From contig JBCQTJ010000003.1 of the NCBI GenBank assembly GCA_047178625.1, forward strand, positions 22,997 through 86,996: DNA of 64,000 nucleotides, read 5' to 3'. Shown one piece after another: positions 9,812 to 20,400 of this stretch. Made by a program: the position numbers and the translations under genes. The number at the start of each line of letters is the position of its first letter. The first letter of the stretch is position 1. Under the pieces are notes generated by a model that was not told where the DNA came from, did not search any database, and saw only the letters and a list, made by a program, of their open reading frames with translations. Origin of the DNA: Rikenellaceae bacterium (lineage in GTDB: Bacteria; Bacteroidota; Bacteroidia; Bacteroidales; Rikenellaceae).

Positions 9812-10408
9812 ATGTTTTCAGGAATTGTAGAGAGCATCGCACGAGTAGCGGCGATCGAGCAGGATCAAGACAACAAGCACTTCACGATGGAGTCAAAGAT
9901 AAGCGCTGAGCTAAAGATCGACCAGAGCATAGCCCACAACGGAGTCTGTTTGACTGTTGTGGCCATCGAAGGCGACCGCTACACCGTGACAGCGATGAGG
10001 GAGACCTTGCAGAAGAGCAACCTCGGACTTTGGAGCGTGGGCGACGAGGTGAACTTAGAGCGTTCGATGCGCCCCGAGGCGCTGTTGGATGGCCATATCG
10101 TCCAAGGTCACGTCGACCTCACGGCTAAGTGTATCGAGAAGGAGGATGCGGCTGGAAGTTGGAACTTTACCTTCGAGTATGACCCAGCAGAGGCCTCGAG
10201 CTGCACAGTCGAGAAGGGCTCGGTGACGGTGAACGGTGTGAGCCTCACGGTGTGTGACTCTACGGAGTCGACCTTTAGGGTCTCGATTATTCCATATACT
10301 TATGACTACACCAACTTCCACAACATAGAGGTGGGAAGCGTTGTGAATGTCGAGTTCGACATCATCGGAAAGTATATCGCAAGGTTGATGCAGAACTATC
10401 AAAAATAG
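9812..10408 (+). CDS. ribE: Riboflavin synthase
   Basis: MFSGIVE N-terminus, SIAHNGVCLTV, VNLER, GHIVQGHVD, VNVEFD. Confidence 0.96.
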   Translation: MFSGIVESIARVAAIEQDQDNKHFTMESKISAELKIDQSIAHNGVCLTVVAIEGDRYTVTAMRETLQKSNLGLWSVGDEVNLERSMRPEALLDGHIVQGHVDLTAKCIEKEDAAGSWNFTFEYDPAEASSCTVEKGSVTVNGVSLTVCDSTESTFRVSIIPYTYDYTNFHNIEVGSVVNVEFDIIGKYIARLMQNYQK

Positions 10409-10414
10409 TAGAGA

Positions 10415-11281
10415 ATGGTAAATTTACTCGCAATAGATTGGAGCTTCGACCCCGTAGCCTTCACCCTCTTTGGGATGGAGATCCGCTACTATGGCTTGAT
10501 GTGGGCGTTGATGATCTTGGTCAGCACGAAGTTATTCGAAGATTTTTGTAAGAGGGAGGGCCTATCCGAAAAGCTCGTCGACTCGGCATTCATCTACTTC
10601 ACCTTGGGAACGATCATCGGCTCGAGGGTGGGCCACTGCCTCTTCTATGAGCCCGAGGTATATCTTGTGCGCCCGTGGGAGATCATCACCGAGATCCGAG
10701 GGGGCGGAATGGCGAGCCACGGTGCGGCCGTGGGGCTTGTTGTGGGTGTGTGGTTGTTCTCGAGGAAGAATAAGCTGCCGCTGCTGTGGAGTGTCGATAG
10801 GTTGATAATCTTGGTGGGCATTAGCTGTGCGCTCATCCGTCTGGGCAACCTCTTCAACTCCGAGATCTTCGGCTATCCGACCGACCTACCTTGGGCCTTT
10901 AGGTTCCTCGATTCACGCAAGTGGGTGATGGAGGCGGCTCCGATGGGGTGTCACCCGACTCAGATCTATGAGGGTGGGTTGTATCTTATAGTCTTTATCA
11001 TCTCGATGGTGATGTACTACCGCTACGACTTGGCACGTCGCAGACCTGGGTTGATCTTTGGTGTTGCGATGATTGGACTCTTCACCTCTCGCTTTGTGGT
11101 CGAGTTTGTGAAGTTTGATCAGGTCGATTTCGAGTCGGGGATGTTGCTCGATATGGGGCAGATCCTCTCGTTGCCATTTATGGCGTGGGGTGCGTGGATG
11201 CTCTATGGTGCGCTGCGTAGGCCCGAGGTCTCGGCAAAGGAGATAGCCGAAACAGAGAAGAAAAACAGAAAAAACAGATAA
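10415..11281 (+). CDS. lgt: Prolipoprotein diacylglyceryl transferase
   Basis: IRYYGL, GGMASHG, RLGNLFNSEIFG, HPTQIYE, MGQILS. Confidence 0.96.
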   Translation: MVNLLAIDWSFDPVAFTLFGMEIRYYGLMWALMILVSTKLFEDFCKREGLSEKLVDSAFIYFTLGTIIGSRVGHCLFYEPEVYLVRPWEIITEIRGGGMASHGAAVGLVVGVWLFSRKNKLPLLWSVDRLIILVGISCALIRLGNLFNSEIFGYPTDLPWAFRFLDSRKWVMEAAPMGCHPTQIYEGGLYLIVFIISMVMYYRYDLARRRPGLIFGVAMIGLFTSRFVVEFVKFDQVDFESGMLLDMGQILSLPFMAWGAWMLYGALRRPEVSAKEIAETEKKNRKNR

Positions 11282-12318
11282 TGATGGCAGAGAAGAATGT
11301 ACGCCTTTTGGGCGAGATACGAAAGCTAATCACCAATGTGATCTTCAAGGAGGGAGGGGTTTACCTCCCCGAGATCGGCGAGATCAAGATCGAGGGCGGT
11401 GATACGAAGTCGAAAAGTTTTAGCCACTCCAAGGAGAAGAGAGGTAAATCACGCTCGCTTGTGAGTGTGATTGCTCAGCGAGGAAACTGCACCGAGGAGC
11501 AGGCCCTCACGGTCTATAATAGGTGGATGGAGCAGGTCAAGGTAGGCGATGTCTTTGAGATAGATGGCATAGCGATGGTAGCGGAGAACCAATTCAAAGT
11601 AAGTTCCGAGTTAGAGGAAAAGCTAAACCCAAAGCCAAAAGTAGAGCCAAAGGCCCCAGCAAGTCCCAGCAAGACTCAGAAAGCCCCAGAATCCCAAAAA
11701 GCCAAAAAGGAACCCCAAAAACAAAAAAAGAAAAAGGCCCCAAAAAAGGAGAAGAAAAAGAGCCCAATATGGGGAGTAGCAGCCACAATAGCAGCAATAG
11801 CAGTGATAGGTGTGGCAATAAGTGGCCTATTAAAAACAGCGACAAAAGAGGTAGTGGCAGAGCAGGAGACAGCACAAACTCCACAAACCCTACCCGAGCT
11901 ATCGGAGCAGCGCCCAGTAGCCCCGATAGAGGAGCCAAAGCAGGAGCAGCCAAAGCAGGAGCAAGCAGAGCCAAAGGCCCAGCCAGCCAACAAGATAGTA
12001 TCGAAGGCACGCTACGCCGAGCGAGAGAGGGTGGTAGATGCACTCCAAAGGGCCACAGAGAGGGCCACCGAGGAGCCAAAGAGGTTCAAGGTAGTATGTG
12101 GAGTCTACTCATCGCAGATCAACGCAGGGCGAATGGCGCTGGATATCGAGTATCGGGTGAAGGGGGTAGATGTAACCCCAACGCTCTACGAGCGAGGCGA
12201 TAGTTATATGGTGGTTATCTTCGAGAGCAATTGGGTGAAGGAGTGTAGCCAATTCATCAACGACGTAGCCTCGAAATATTACACAACGACGTGGATATTT
12301 GATCAGCAACGAAATTGA
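11281..12318 (+). CDS. Membrane protein with N-terminal HU-like domain and C-terminal SPOR-like domain
   Basis: V.LP.IG N-terminal motif, Lys/Pro linker, single TM, C-terminal F.VV.GVYS...NA...WI. Confidence 0.6.
   Translation: MMAEKNVRLLGEIRKLITNVIFKEGGVYLPEIGEIKIEGGDTKSKSFSHSKEKRGKSRSLVSVIAQRGNCTEEQALTVYNRWMEQVKVGDVFEIDGIAMVAENQFKVSSELEEKLNPKPKVEPKAPASPSKTQKAPESQKAKKEPQKQKKKKAPKKEKKKSPIWGVAATIAAIAVIGVAISGLLKTATKEVVAEQETAQTPQTLPELSEQRPVAPIEEPKQEQPKQEQAEPKAQPANKIVSKARYAERERVVDALQRATERATEEPKRFKVVCGVYSSQINAGRMALDIEYRVKGVDVTPTLYERGDSYMVVIFESNWVKECSQFINDVASKYYTTTWIFDQQRN
11650..11689 (+). repeat. 4 x 10-bp AAG-N-CYCAG units inside a coding linker
   Basis: aaggccccag caagtcccag caagactcag aaagccccag; same family as 1935-1974. 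Confidence 0.7.
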
Positions 12319-12349
12319 GAGAGATAGATCCAAAGTGGAGAGAAGGAGA

Positions 12350-12856
12350 ATGAGAGAGAGAGTTGAAAGGGTCAATTGGAGGGTTGCAGGGTTGCTGTCA
12401 CGTCTGATTGACCCTCTTTGTTTGCCAATTTTGGCGAGATGGATAGGGGCGGAGAGCATCCGCTATTTTGTCTGTGGGGTGTTGAACTATATTGTGCTCG
12501 ACGCCTCGCTATACTATATTATATACCACTACGTTGTGGCCGAGCAGTTTATCCCCGTCAGTGGGGTGGTCATCTCGCCCCACGTGGCCTCGTTGGTGTT
12601 GGTCTTTCCCATCACCTTCCTCACGGGTTTTTGGCTCAATCGCTATGTCGCCTTTCGGGTTGCGGAGCGCCCTGTGGGGTGGCAGATGGTGCGTTACGCC
12701 CTCACTGTTGTTGGCTCTATTGCACTGAGCTACGCTGTGTTAAAGACTTTGGTCGAGGTTGTGGGGGTGTGGGCTACCCCTGCTAAGGTGTTGTGTTCGG
12801 TGAGTGTTGCTCTTTATAGCTACTTGATGGCTCGTTTTTTTACCTTTCGAGGGTAG
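12350..12856 (+). CDS. GtrA family membrane protein
   Basis: IRYFVCG, GFWLNRYVAF, four TM segments, C-terminal FFTF. Confidence 0.85.
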   Translation: MRERVERVNWRVAGLLSRLIDPLCLPILARWIGAESIRYFVCGVLNYIVLDASLYYIIYHYVVAEQFIPVSGVVISPHVASLVLVFPITFLTGFWLNRYVAFRVAERPVGWQMVRYALTVVGSIALSYAVLKTLVEVVGVWATPAKVLCSVSVALYSYLMARFFTFRG

Positions 12857-12857
12857 G

Positions 12858-12992
12858 AAAAAAATGGTGGCAGGGTCGAAAGGGCTCATTGGTGCAAACA
12901 GAAATAGATAGATAAGATGTGTAAAACAACATCAAAAACAGCTCAAGGAGATAGGCATCCTTGAGGAGTCGAGCCCCGACCCTGCCACTGAT
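12858..12992 (-). ncRNA. Candidate sigma54-dependent small RNA A (~135 nt)
   Basis: Sigma54 motif directly upstream; closing stem GTGGCAGGGTCG.GGGCTC/GAGCCC...CGACCCTGCCAC, internal hairpins, then T7; no plausible ORF. Confidence 0.6.
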
Positions 12993-13002
12993 TAAGAGAG
13001 GG

Positions 13003-13019
13003 TGCAAGGTTGGTGCCAA
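13003..13019 (-). promoter_or_regulatory. Sigma54 (RpoN) -24/-12 promoter
   Basis: Minus strand TTGGCACCAACCTTGCA: GG-N10-GC, matches TGGCAC-N5-TTGCA. Confidence 0.75.
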
Positions 13020-13085
13020 AATAAAATGTGAAATGAGATTTAACTTTTTGAGTAAACATAGTTCTAATAAGAAAGGAGTGAAGAG

Positions 13086-13892
13086 GTGAATATTGAGAGA
13101 AGCCGAGAGGCTATTGAACGTTTAGTTAAGATGATGGGCGAACTTCGTGAGAGGTGCCCGTGGGATAGGGAGCAGACCTTCGAGTCGTTGCGAGGTGCCA
13201 CCATCGAGGAGACCTATGAGCTCACCGAGGCGATAGATAGGACCGATATGACCGCCATAAAGGAGGAGTTGGGAGACCTGCTTCTCCATGTTGTATTCTA
13301 CTGTGAGATGGCCAGCGAGACTGGGGCCTTCGAGTTAGATGGGGTCATTAACGACCTGTGCGACAAGTTGGAGTATCGTCACCCCCACATCTATGGCGAT
13401 GTAGAGGCCAATAGCACCGACGAGGTGAAGCGGAATTGGGAGGCGCTGAAGCTGAAGAAGAAAAAGCGAAAGAGCGGAACCCTCGGAGGGGTCCCCACCG
13501 CCCTGCCAGCGATGATGAAGGCGGTGAGAATCGGGGCCAAGGCGGCAGCTACGGGTTTCGATTGGCAGCGAAAAGAGGATGTGTGGGAGAAGGTGAGAGA
13601 GGAGATTTTGGAGGTAGCGGCCGAGATCGAGAGTGGAGATCAGCGAGCCTTGGAGGGCGAATTTGGAGATCTATTCTTTGCGCTTGTGAATGCGGCACGG
13701 CTCTACCGAGTCGACCCAGAGGCGGCCCTCGAGAGGACCAACTGCAAATTCATCTCACGCTTTAGCTCGATGGAGCTGGCGGCCGAGAGAAAGGGCAAAT
13801 CCCTATCGGAGATGAGTTTGGACGAGATGGAGGGGCTATGGTGCGAAGCCAAAGCCGAGGAACACGAAGCGGAGAACACAACCAACAACTAA
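13086..13892 (+). CDS. mazG: Nucleoside triphosphate pyrophosphohydrolase MazG
   Basis: CPWDREQT, IEETYE, EELGDLL, RHPHIYG, GFDW, EFGDLFF. Confidence 0.95.
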   Translation: MNIERSREAIERLVKMMGELRERCPWDREQTFESLRGATIEETYELTEAIDRTDMTAIKEELGDLLLHVVFYCEMASETGAFELDGVINDLCDKLEYRHPHIYGDVEANSTDEVKRNWEALKLKKKKRKSGTLGGVPTALPAMMKAVRIGAKAAATGFDWQRKEDVWEKVREEILEVAAEIESGDQRALEGEFGDLFFALVNAARLYRVDPEAALERTNCKFISRFSSMELAAERKGKSLSEMSLDEMEGLWCEAKAEEHEAENTTNN

Positions 13893-13909
13893 CTAAACGA
13901 GAGAGAAAG

Positions 13910-14449
13910 ATGGCACTAATAAGAGAGGTAAGGGGCAAGAGCCCAATAGTAGGAGATAACACATTTTTAGCGGAGACAGCCGTAGTGATCGGCGATGTCA
14001 CCATCGGACGAGATTCGTCGATCTGGTATAACACCGTGCTCAGAGGCGACGTAAACTCGATTCGAATAGGGGATAGGACCAATATCCAAGATGGAACGGT
14101 GATTCACACCCTCTACGATGGATCAAAGACACCTTCGCAAGCGATCCTTGGCAACGATGTCTCGGTGGGTCACAATGTGACGATCCACGGAGCCGTAATC
14201 GAGGATAACTGCCTAATTGGAATGGGGTCAACCATCCTCGACAATGCGGTAGTGGCGTCGGGATGTATCATCGCAGCCAATGCGTTGGTACTCTCAAATT
14301 CGAAGTTGGAGCCCAATAGCCTCTATGCAGGGGTCCCAGCGAAGCGAATCAGAGAGGTCAAACCCGAACAGAGGGAGGAGATAATCCTCAGAATTGCGAG
14401 AGATTACACCCTCTACGCAAGCTGGTACGACGACGAGGGGGCTAAATAA
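13910..14449 (+). CDS. Gamma carbonic anhydrase family (hexapeptide repeat) protein
   Basis: VLRGDVNSIRIG, TNIQDGTVIH, GHNVTIHG, YAGVPAK. Confidence 0.93.
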   Translation: MALIREVRGKSPIVGDNTFLAETAVVIGDVTIGRDSSIWYNTVLRGDVNSIRIGDRTNIQDGTVIHTLYDGSKTPSQAILGNDVSVGHNVTIHGAVIEDNCLIGMGSTILDNAVVASGCIIAANALVLSNSKLEPNSLYAGVPAKRIREVKPEQREEIILRIARDYTLYASWYDDEGAK

Positions 14450-14512
14450 CCAATAGCTCCCCTCGAAAAAAAGCAACACCAAACCAAACACCAACCAAAG
14501 CAACTAACCAAA

Positions 14513-17386
14513 ATGAAGAGGATTTTACAACTATTAGCATTAATAATGTTTTTTCTGACAACACATAACACAACTCAGGCCGCAAGGGGAACCGATGGAA
14601 GAGGCTCTCTCGAGATTCAGATCGTCGAGAGTGGCACTTCGGAGGTGCGTCCCATCATTGGGGCCATCGTCGAGCTGGTCCCTATGGAGAGCCCCGAGAG
14701 TCAGATCTACCTCTCGACCGATGTCGAGGGTAAGATCAGTGTCCCTGTGTTGTTCTATGGTCGCTACAAAATTGATGTCACATATCTGGGTTACGAGAAC
14801 TATAACACCACCTTCGACCTCTATGTCCCTGCGTTGCGCTTGCCGACAATCTACTTAAGCGAGTCGTCGGTGATGATGGATGCTGTGGTCAAGGAGGTGA
14901 AGATGAGGGCCTCACAATCGGGTGACAGCTTGCGCTATAACGCCAGCTCATATAAGGTCTCAGAGGATGCTGATGTGAGCGGCCTGCTCCAAAAGATGCC
15001 TGGTATCTCGATCGAGGATGGCGAGGTGACAGCCCAAGGCGAGACCGTTCAGAAGGTCTATGTCGATGGCCGTGAGTTCTTCGGTGGCGATGTAAACGCC
15101 GCCATAAAGTCGCTACCTGCCGAGGTGGTCGACAAGATCGAGGTCTACGACAAACTCTCCGATGAGGCGGAGTATTCGGGGGTCGATGATGGAAATAGTG
15201 TCAAGGCGATCAATATCGTAACAAAACCTGGTATGAGGGAGGGAATCTTCGGAAAGCTCTATGCAGGAGGAGGTTACGAGCCTAACCCCGATCAAGATAT
15301 CGACAAGGCGAAGTATCTGGGTGGTGGAAGTCTCAACCTATTTAAGGGGACGAGCCGAATCACCCTCGTGGGGTTGGCCAACAACCTCAACCAACAGAAC
15401 TTCACATTCGACGACTTTGTGGGGTCGAGCGAGGATAGCGACACGGGCGATTTCACAGTCCGCTCGCTCCCTGGTACGGCCGATGTCAACGCCACAGGAA
15501 TCAACTTCACCGATGTCTATGGCAAGGATGATAAGTTGAAGGTGCAGGGAAGTCTCTTTGTCAATAAGACTGTCACCGACAACTACCAAAATATTGTGAG
15601 GTGGTACAACGAGTTCGCAAGCACTTCGGTCGACTCTCTGCACCAACACACCACCTCGGTCAACGACAATCTGAACCTACGCTTCACAGGGCGCATCGAG
15701 TATCAGATGAGCAAGCGAAGCAGGCTCTTGATCCGCCCAACGCTGAGCTACCAAAACTCGGACCCCTTCCAGAGCGTTGAGGGGTGGCGCTACGACACCT
15801 CGAACTCGAACTATGACGAGGAGGGAGTTCAGCGATATGGCAACAGCAAAGATTCACACTACTCGGGATATATAGCGGGGCTAAACCTAAACTATCGCTA
15901 CCGCTTCGCCAAGGCAGGGCGTGTTCTCACCCTCTCGGCAGCGCTCTCGAAGAGCGAGTATGAGAGCGAGGTAAAGACCACCACCGACCCAAACTACCCA
16001 AATGTCTACGATAGCGACACAACATTCCGCTATGCAATAACCCCATCGCTCAACGAGTCGGCAAACCTCTCGACAATCTTCTCCGAGAAGGTGAGCGACA
16101 AGGTGACACTTACGGCAAACTTTTGGGAGACTCTCAAATATCAGGAGAGCGACAAAGATACCTACGACACCGAGAACGACTTCGTGGTGGTGGATATAGA
16201 CGATGTGTGGAACCGAAATTACGCATCGAGCAGCACCCAGACCCACAAGATGGGTCCTGGTGCGGCTCTGCGATTTGGCGGCAAGATCTACATCTCGACA
16301 GGTCTATTCTATCAGATAACATCGCTGGATAGCGAGAGCCGAAAGAGAAGTAGCAGTGCCAGCGGCGATACCGTTCAGGACTTCGATAAGCGGTATAACA
16401 ACTTGGTATACACCCTGAATGCAAAGTTTAAGTTCAACCCAAGTAATACGCTCAGAATCTACGCCAACTCCTCGACAAGCAACCCCTCGGTGAGCCGCTT
16501 TGTCGACGATACATCGAGCAGCACCTATGTCACAGCGGGAAACCCCGATCTGGAGCCAACCTACACCAATAGGGTGACAGTGAGGTATATCCACACCAAT
16601 TCGGAGCGAGGCAGCTCGGTGATGTTCTCGACGACAGGAACCCATAGCAACAACCAAATCTCGGCCCACACGATCCTCTATCCCGAGCCATTTATGGTCG
16701 ATGGAGAGCTCTATGACGAGGTGCAGCAATATAAGTCGTGGGTCAATTTGGACCACAACTGGGTCGTTTCGTCTAACTTTACCTATGGCTTTCCCGTCGA
16801 CTTCCTGAAGAGTAACCTCAACCTCAACGCCAGCGTGAGGTATAGCGTGACCCCAACCATCTCGGGTGGCGAGGTGGTCGAGATGGGCGTGACCACTGGC
16901 GGAGTGGAGACCACCACCGACCAGATCACCTATCGTGCAGGTGCCACGTTGGGAAGTAACATATCGGAGAATGTCGACTTCACCCTCTCGTGGTCGGGAA
17001 GTTATAGCGATGCTGAGAACTACTCGGCCTCGAACGATGTTACCACAAAGAACATCTCACTGAACCAGACCGCCTCGGCAATGATGAAGTTTGTATTTGG
17101 TGGGGGATTCACCTTCACGGGAAGTGTCGCCTATCGCCAATATGTCGGCATCTCGGATAACTACGACTACGACTATATCCTCTGCAACGCATATATCGGC
17201 CGCAAGGTGTTGCGCAACAAGCGAGGCGAGGTGAACTTAGGAATTTACGATATCTTCAACCAAAATACATCATATAACCACTGGGTGAACTCAACCTATA
17301 CACAGAACTATACCAACTTGACGTTGGGGCGCTATGTGTCGTTGCAATTCATTTATAATCTGAGAGTATTTGGCGGCAAGGTCTAA
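14513..17386 (+). CDS. Outer-membrane beta-barrel protein (TonB-dependent receptor-like, carboxypeptidase-regulatory-like N-domain), paralog 1
   Basis: Signal peptide; LLQKMPG, YVDGREFFG, LPAEVVDKIEVYD plug-like region; amphipathic beta-strands. Confidence 0.85.
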   Translation: MKRILQLLALIMFFLTTHNTTQAARGTDGRGSLEIQIVESGTSEVRPIIGAIVELVPMESPESQIYLSTDVEGKISVPVLFYGRYKIDVTYLGYENYNTTFDLYVPALRLPTIYLSESSVMMDAVVKEVKMRASQSGDSLRYNASSYKVSEDADVSGLLQKMPGISIEDGEVTAQGETVQKVYVDGREFFGGDVNAAIKSLPAEVVDKIEVYDKLSDEAEYSGVDDGNSVKAINIVTKPGMREGIFGKLYAGGGYEPNPDQDIDKAKYLGGGSLNLFKGTSRITLVGLANNLNQQNFTFDDFVGSSEDSDTGDFTVRSLPGTADVNATGINFTDVYGKDDKLKVQGSLFVNKTVTDNYQNIVRWYNEFASTSVDSLHQHTTSVNDNLNLRFTGRIEYQMSKRSRLLIRPTLSYQNSDPFQSVEGWRYDTSNSNYDEEGVQRYGNSKDSHYSGYIAGLNLNYRYRFAKAGRVLTLSAALSKSEYESEVKTTTDPNYPNVYDSDTTFRYAITPSLNESANLSTIFSEKVSDKVTLTANFWETLKYQESDKDTYDTENDFVVVDIDDVWNRNYASSSTQTHKMGPGAALRFGGKIYISTGLFYQITSLDSESRKRSSSASGDTVQDFDKRYNNLVYTLNAKFKFNPSNTLRIYANSSTSNPSVSRFVDDTSSSTYVTAGNPDLEPTYTNRVTVRYIHTNSERGSSVMFSTTGTHSNNQISAHTILYPEPFMVDGELYDEVQQYKSWVNLDHNWVVSSNFTYGFPVDFLKSNLNLNASVRYSVTPTISGGEVVEMGVTTGGVETTTDQITYRAGATLGSNISENVDFTLSWSGSYSDAENYSASNDVTTKNISLNQTASAMMKFVFGGGFTFTGSVAYRQYVGISDNYDYDYILCNAYIGRKVLRNKRGEVNLGIYDIFNQNTSYNHWVNSTYTQNYTNLTLGRYVSLQFIYNLRVFGGKV

Positions 17387-17447
17387 GAGATCGTTGCAAG
17401 GCGGCGAAATTTCAAAGATCCTAAATCATCTACCTATCAACGATCTC
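17387..17447. mobile_element. Internally deleted 61-bp copy of the GAGATCGTTG/CAACGATCTC element
   Basis: Both ends match 29717-29842; centre missing between TCATCTACCT and TCATCCACCT. Confidence 0.8.
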
Positions 17448-17480
17448 ACGAGAAAGAAAAGAAAAAAATAATATACCCTT

Positions 17481-20400
17481 ATGAGAAAACTTCTACTACT
17501 GTTTACACCAATTATGCTGCTCTTAGCGGCAATCGTAACCCCAGCAGCGGCCCAGAGCACAGCCACAAAAACCACCTCCAAGAGCAAAGGCTCGTTGGAG
17601 TTGAAGGTTGTCGAGAGCGAGAACACAGCCCTTGCGGTGGTGGGGGCCGTTATCGAGATCACCCCAAAGTCGGACCCCGAAGCGACGGTCTACTATCCCA
17701 CCAATGCGTTGGGTAAGCTGCTGATCCCCTCGCTGCCCTATGGCGACTACACCATCGTGGCGACCTTCTTAGGTTTCGAGGATGAGATCAAGGAGGTGAC
17801 GATCGACAAGAGCAAGGTGAAGATGGATGATATTCTGATGAAGATGTCATCTATCGACGTGGGAACAGTGGTGAAGGAGATCAAGGCGATGAGGGCCTCA
17901 CAGAATGGTGATAGTCTGATCTATAACGCCGCAGCGTTTCAGGTGGCGGCCGATGCCGATGTCGAGGGGCTGTTGATGAAGCTACCTGGTGTGACCGTCG
18001 ACGATGGCGAGGTGACGGCTCAGGGTGAGCAGGTGACAAAGATCTATGTCGATGGACGTGAGTTCTTCGGCAGCGATGTGGCGGCAGCTATCAAGACACT
18101 CCCTGCCGAGATGGTCGAGTTTATCGAGGTCTACGACAAGCTATCCGATGCGGCGGAGTTCTCGGGCATCGACGATGGTAACAGCACCAAGGCGATCAAC
18201 ATCGTCACCAAACCAAGTATGAGGGAGGGAATCTTCGGTAAGGTCTACGCAGGAGGCGGCTACGAGCCCGAGGCCACCGAGGAGACCTCGAACTACAAAT
18301 ACTTAGCTGGAGGAAGTGTAAACTGGTTTAAGGGTACCAGCCGCCTCACCGCAACGGGTACGGTCAACAACCTCAACCAACAGAACTTCTCGTTCGACGA
18401 TATTATGGATACGGGCGACGATAGCAATAGCCGCAAGCGTGGCGGTGTGGGATCGGTCAACTCGGTGGGTCTCAACTTCTCGGATGTGTATGGCGAGAAT
18501 GATAAGTTCGAGGTGCAGGCAAGCTACTCGTTCAACCACAACGAGAGTGACAACACCCAAGATATTGTGAGGTGGTACGATGGAGATGCAAGCTCCGAGA
18601 TCGACTCACTCTATCAGACCCAAGTCTCATCGTCGACCAACCTAAACCATCGCTTCACAGGTAAATTCAACTGGGACATCAGCGACAATCAGGAGTTGAT
18701 GATCCGCCCATCGTTGAGCTTTCAGGGCAACACCCCAACGGCCTACACCGAAGGAGTGCGCTTCGGAGACCCAGAGACAAGTGTGCGCTACGACGAGAAT
18801 GGAGAGCAGATCTATGGAAGTGCGAGGGTTTCGGATATGGAAGGATATAGCGCAGGAATCAGCGCCAACTACCGCTACAAGATCAGCGCCAATGGCCGAA
18901 ACATCGCCTTCAACGGTAGCTACTCGGTCGATGAGTCGACACGTGACGCAAGTAACACGACCGACCCGAACTACCCCAACTACAACGACTCCGACACAGT
19001 ATATCGTGCCTCGAATAGCCCAACTCACAACAAGAGCTTGTCGGGAGGAGTCACCTACGTAGAGCCCATCACCAAGAAGATCTCGGTGAGTGTGGGCTAT
19101 AAGGTATCGCGTCGAGTGCAGGAGTCGGACCAGAACACCTACGACACCGACTATGACTTCATTGTCGACGACGATGCTACGCTCAACTCGAAGAACTACG
19201 CCTCGACAACCTACGTAACCCATAGCATAGGGCCAAGCTTGAGGATCATAGGCAAGAAGGTGAAGCTCACTGTGGGCACCAACTATCAAGATGCCTCGCT
19301 CGACAACCTCACCATCAAGCGTATCGCAGGGGCGACCGAGGATGATGAGTATAACATCCATCAGCACTACAAGAATTTCACCCATTCTCTGGTGGGTAAT
19401 GTCTACTTCAACTCACAGAACACCCTGCGAGTGAACTACTCATCGTCGACCGATAGCCCCTCGGTGAGCAACTTCCTCGACAACACCACCAGCGACACCT
19501 CGATAACAGCGGGAAATATGGATCTCGAGCAGAGCTACACCAACCGTGTGACGGCGAGGTATATCCACTCGAACCTCACGAAGGGAAGCACCGTGATGTT
19601 CTCGGTGTCGGGTCAGATGACCAGCAACGATATTGTGCAGCATACCATCCTCAACCCCGATCCATTCTATGTCGGCACGGTGCTCTACGACGAGGTGAAC
19701 ACCTATCGAATGGCGGTCAATCTCGATGGTAGCTGGAGGACCTCGGCCAACTTCACCTATGGATTCCCCATTAAGTTCCTAAGTAGTAACTTCAATGTCA
19801 ATGCGGCGGTCAACTACTCAGTCTCGCCAAGTATCTATGGTGGTTCGTTTGGCGACACTATGGGCAACCCGATTGTGGGTGGCGAGAAGATCAGCACCGA
19901 TATGATCTCGTATCGAGCAGGTGCGACTCTGGGAAGTAACATCTCCGAGAATGTCGACTTCACCCTCTCGTGGTCGGGCGACTACACCGATGCTACAAAC
20001 GCCTCGTCGACCTCAGCGTCGGAGTCGACCAACAACAAGTATATGAACCAGACAGCCTCGGCAACGATGAAGTTTGTCTTTTTGGGTGGATTTACCTTCA
20101 CGGCTAACACCGCCTACAAGAAGTATTGGGGACTCACCGACAGCTACGACGAGAGCTACATCTTGATCAATGCCTACATCGGCCACAAGGTATTTAAGAA
20201 TAAGCGAGGTGAGATCAATGTGGGAGCCTATGACCTGTTGGATCAGAGCACTTCATTTAGCCGTAGCTTTACATCAACCTACTCACAGAATAGTACCAGC
20301 TCGATTTTGGGCCGTTACTTCTCGTTCCAGCTGATCTATAACCTCCGCTCCTTCGGAAATCAGGAGACACGTCGCCAGAACCGCCAAGGCGGTATGGATA

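Noticed and set aside
18642-19385. Long antisense and alternative-frame ORFs (this 247-aa one and many shorter ones)
   Set aside because: They lie wholly within well-supported genes and show no motifs; expected shadow ORFs given the codon bias
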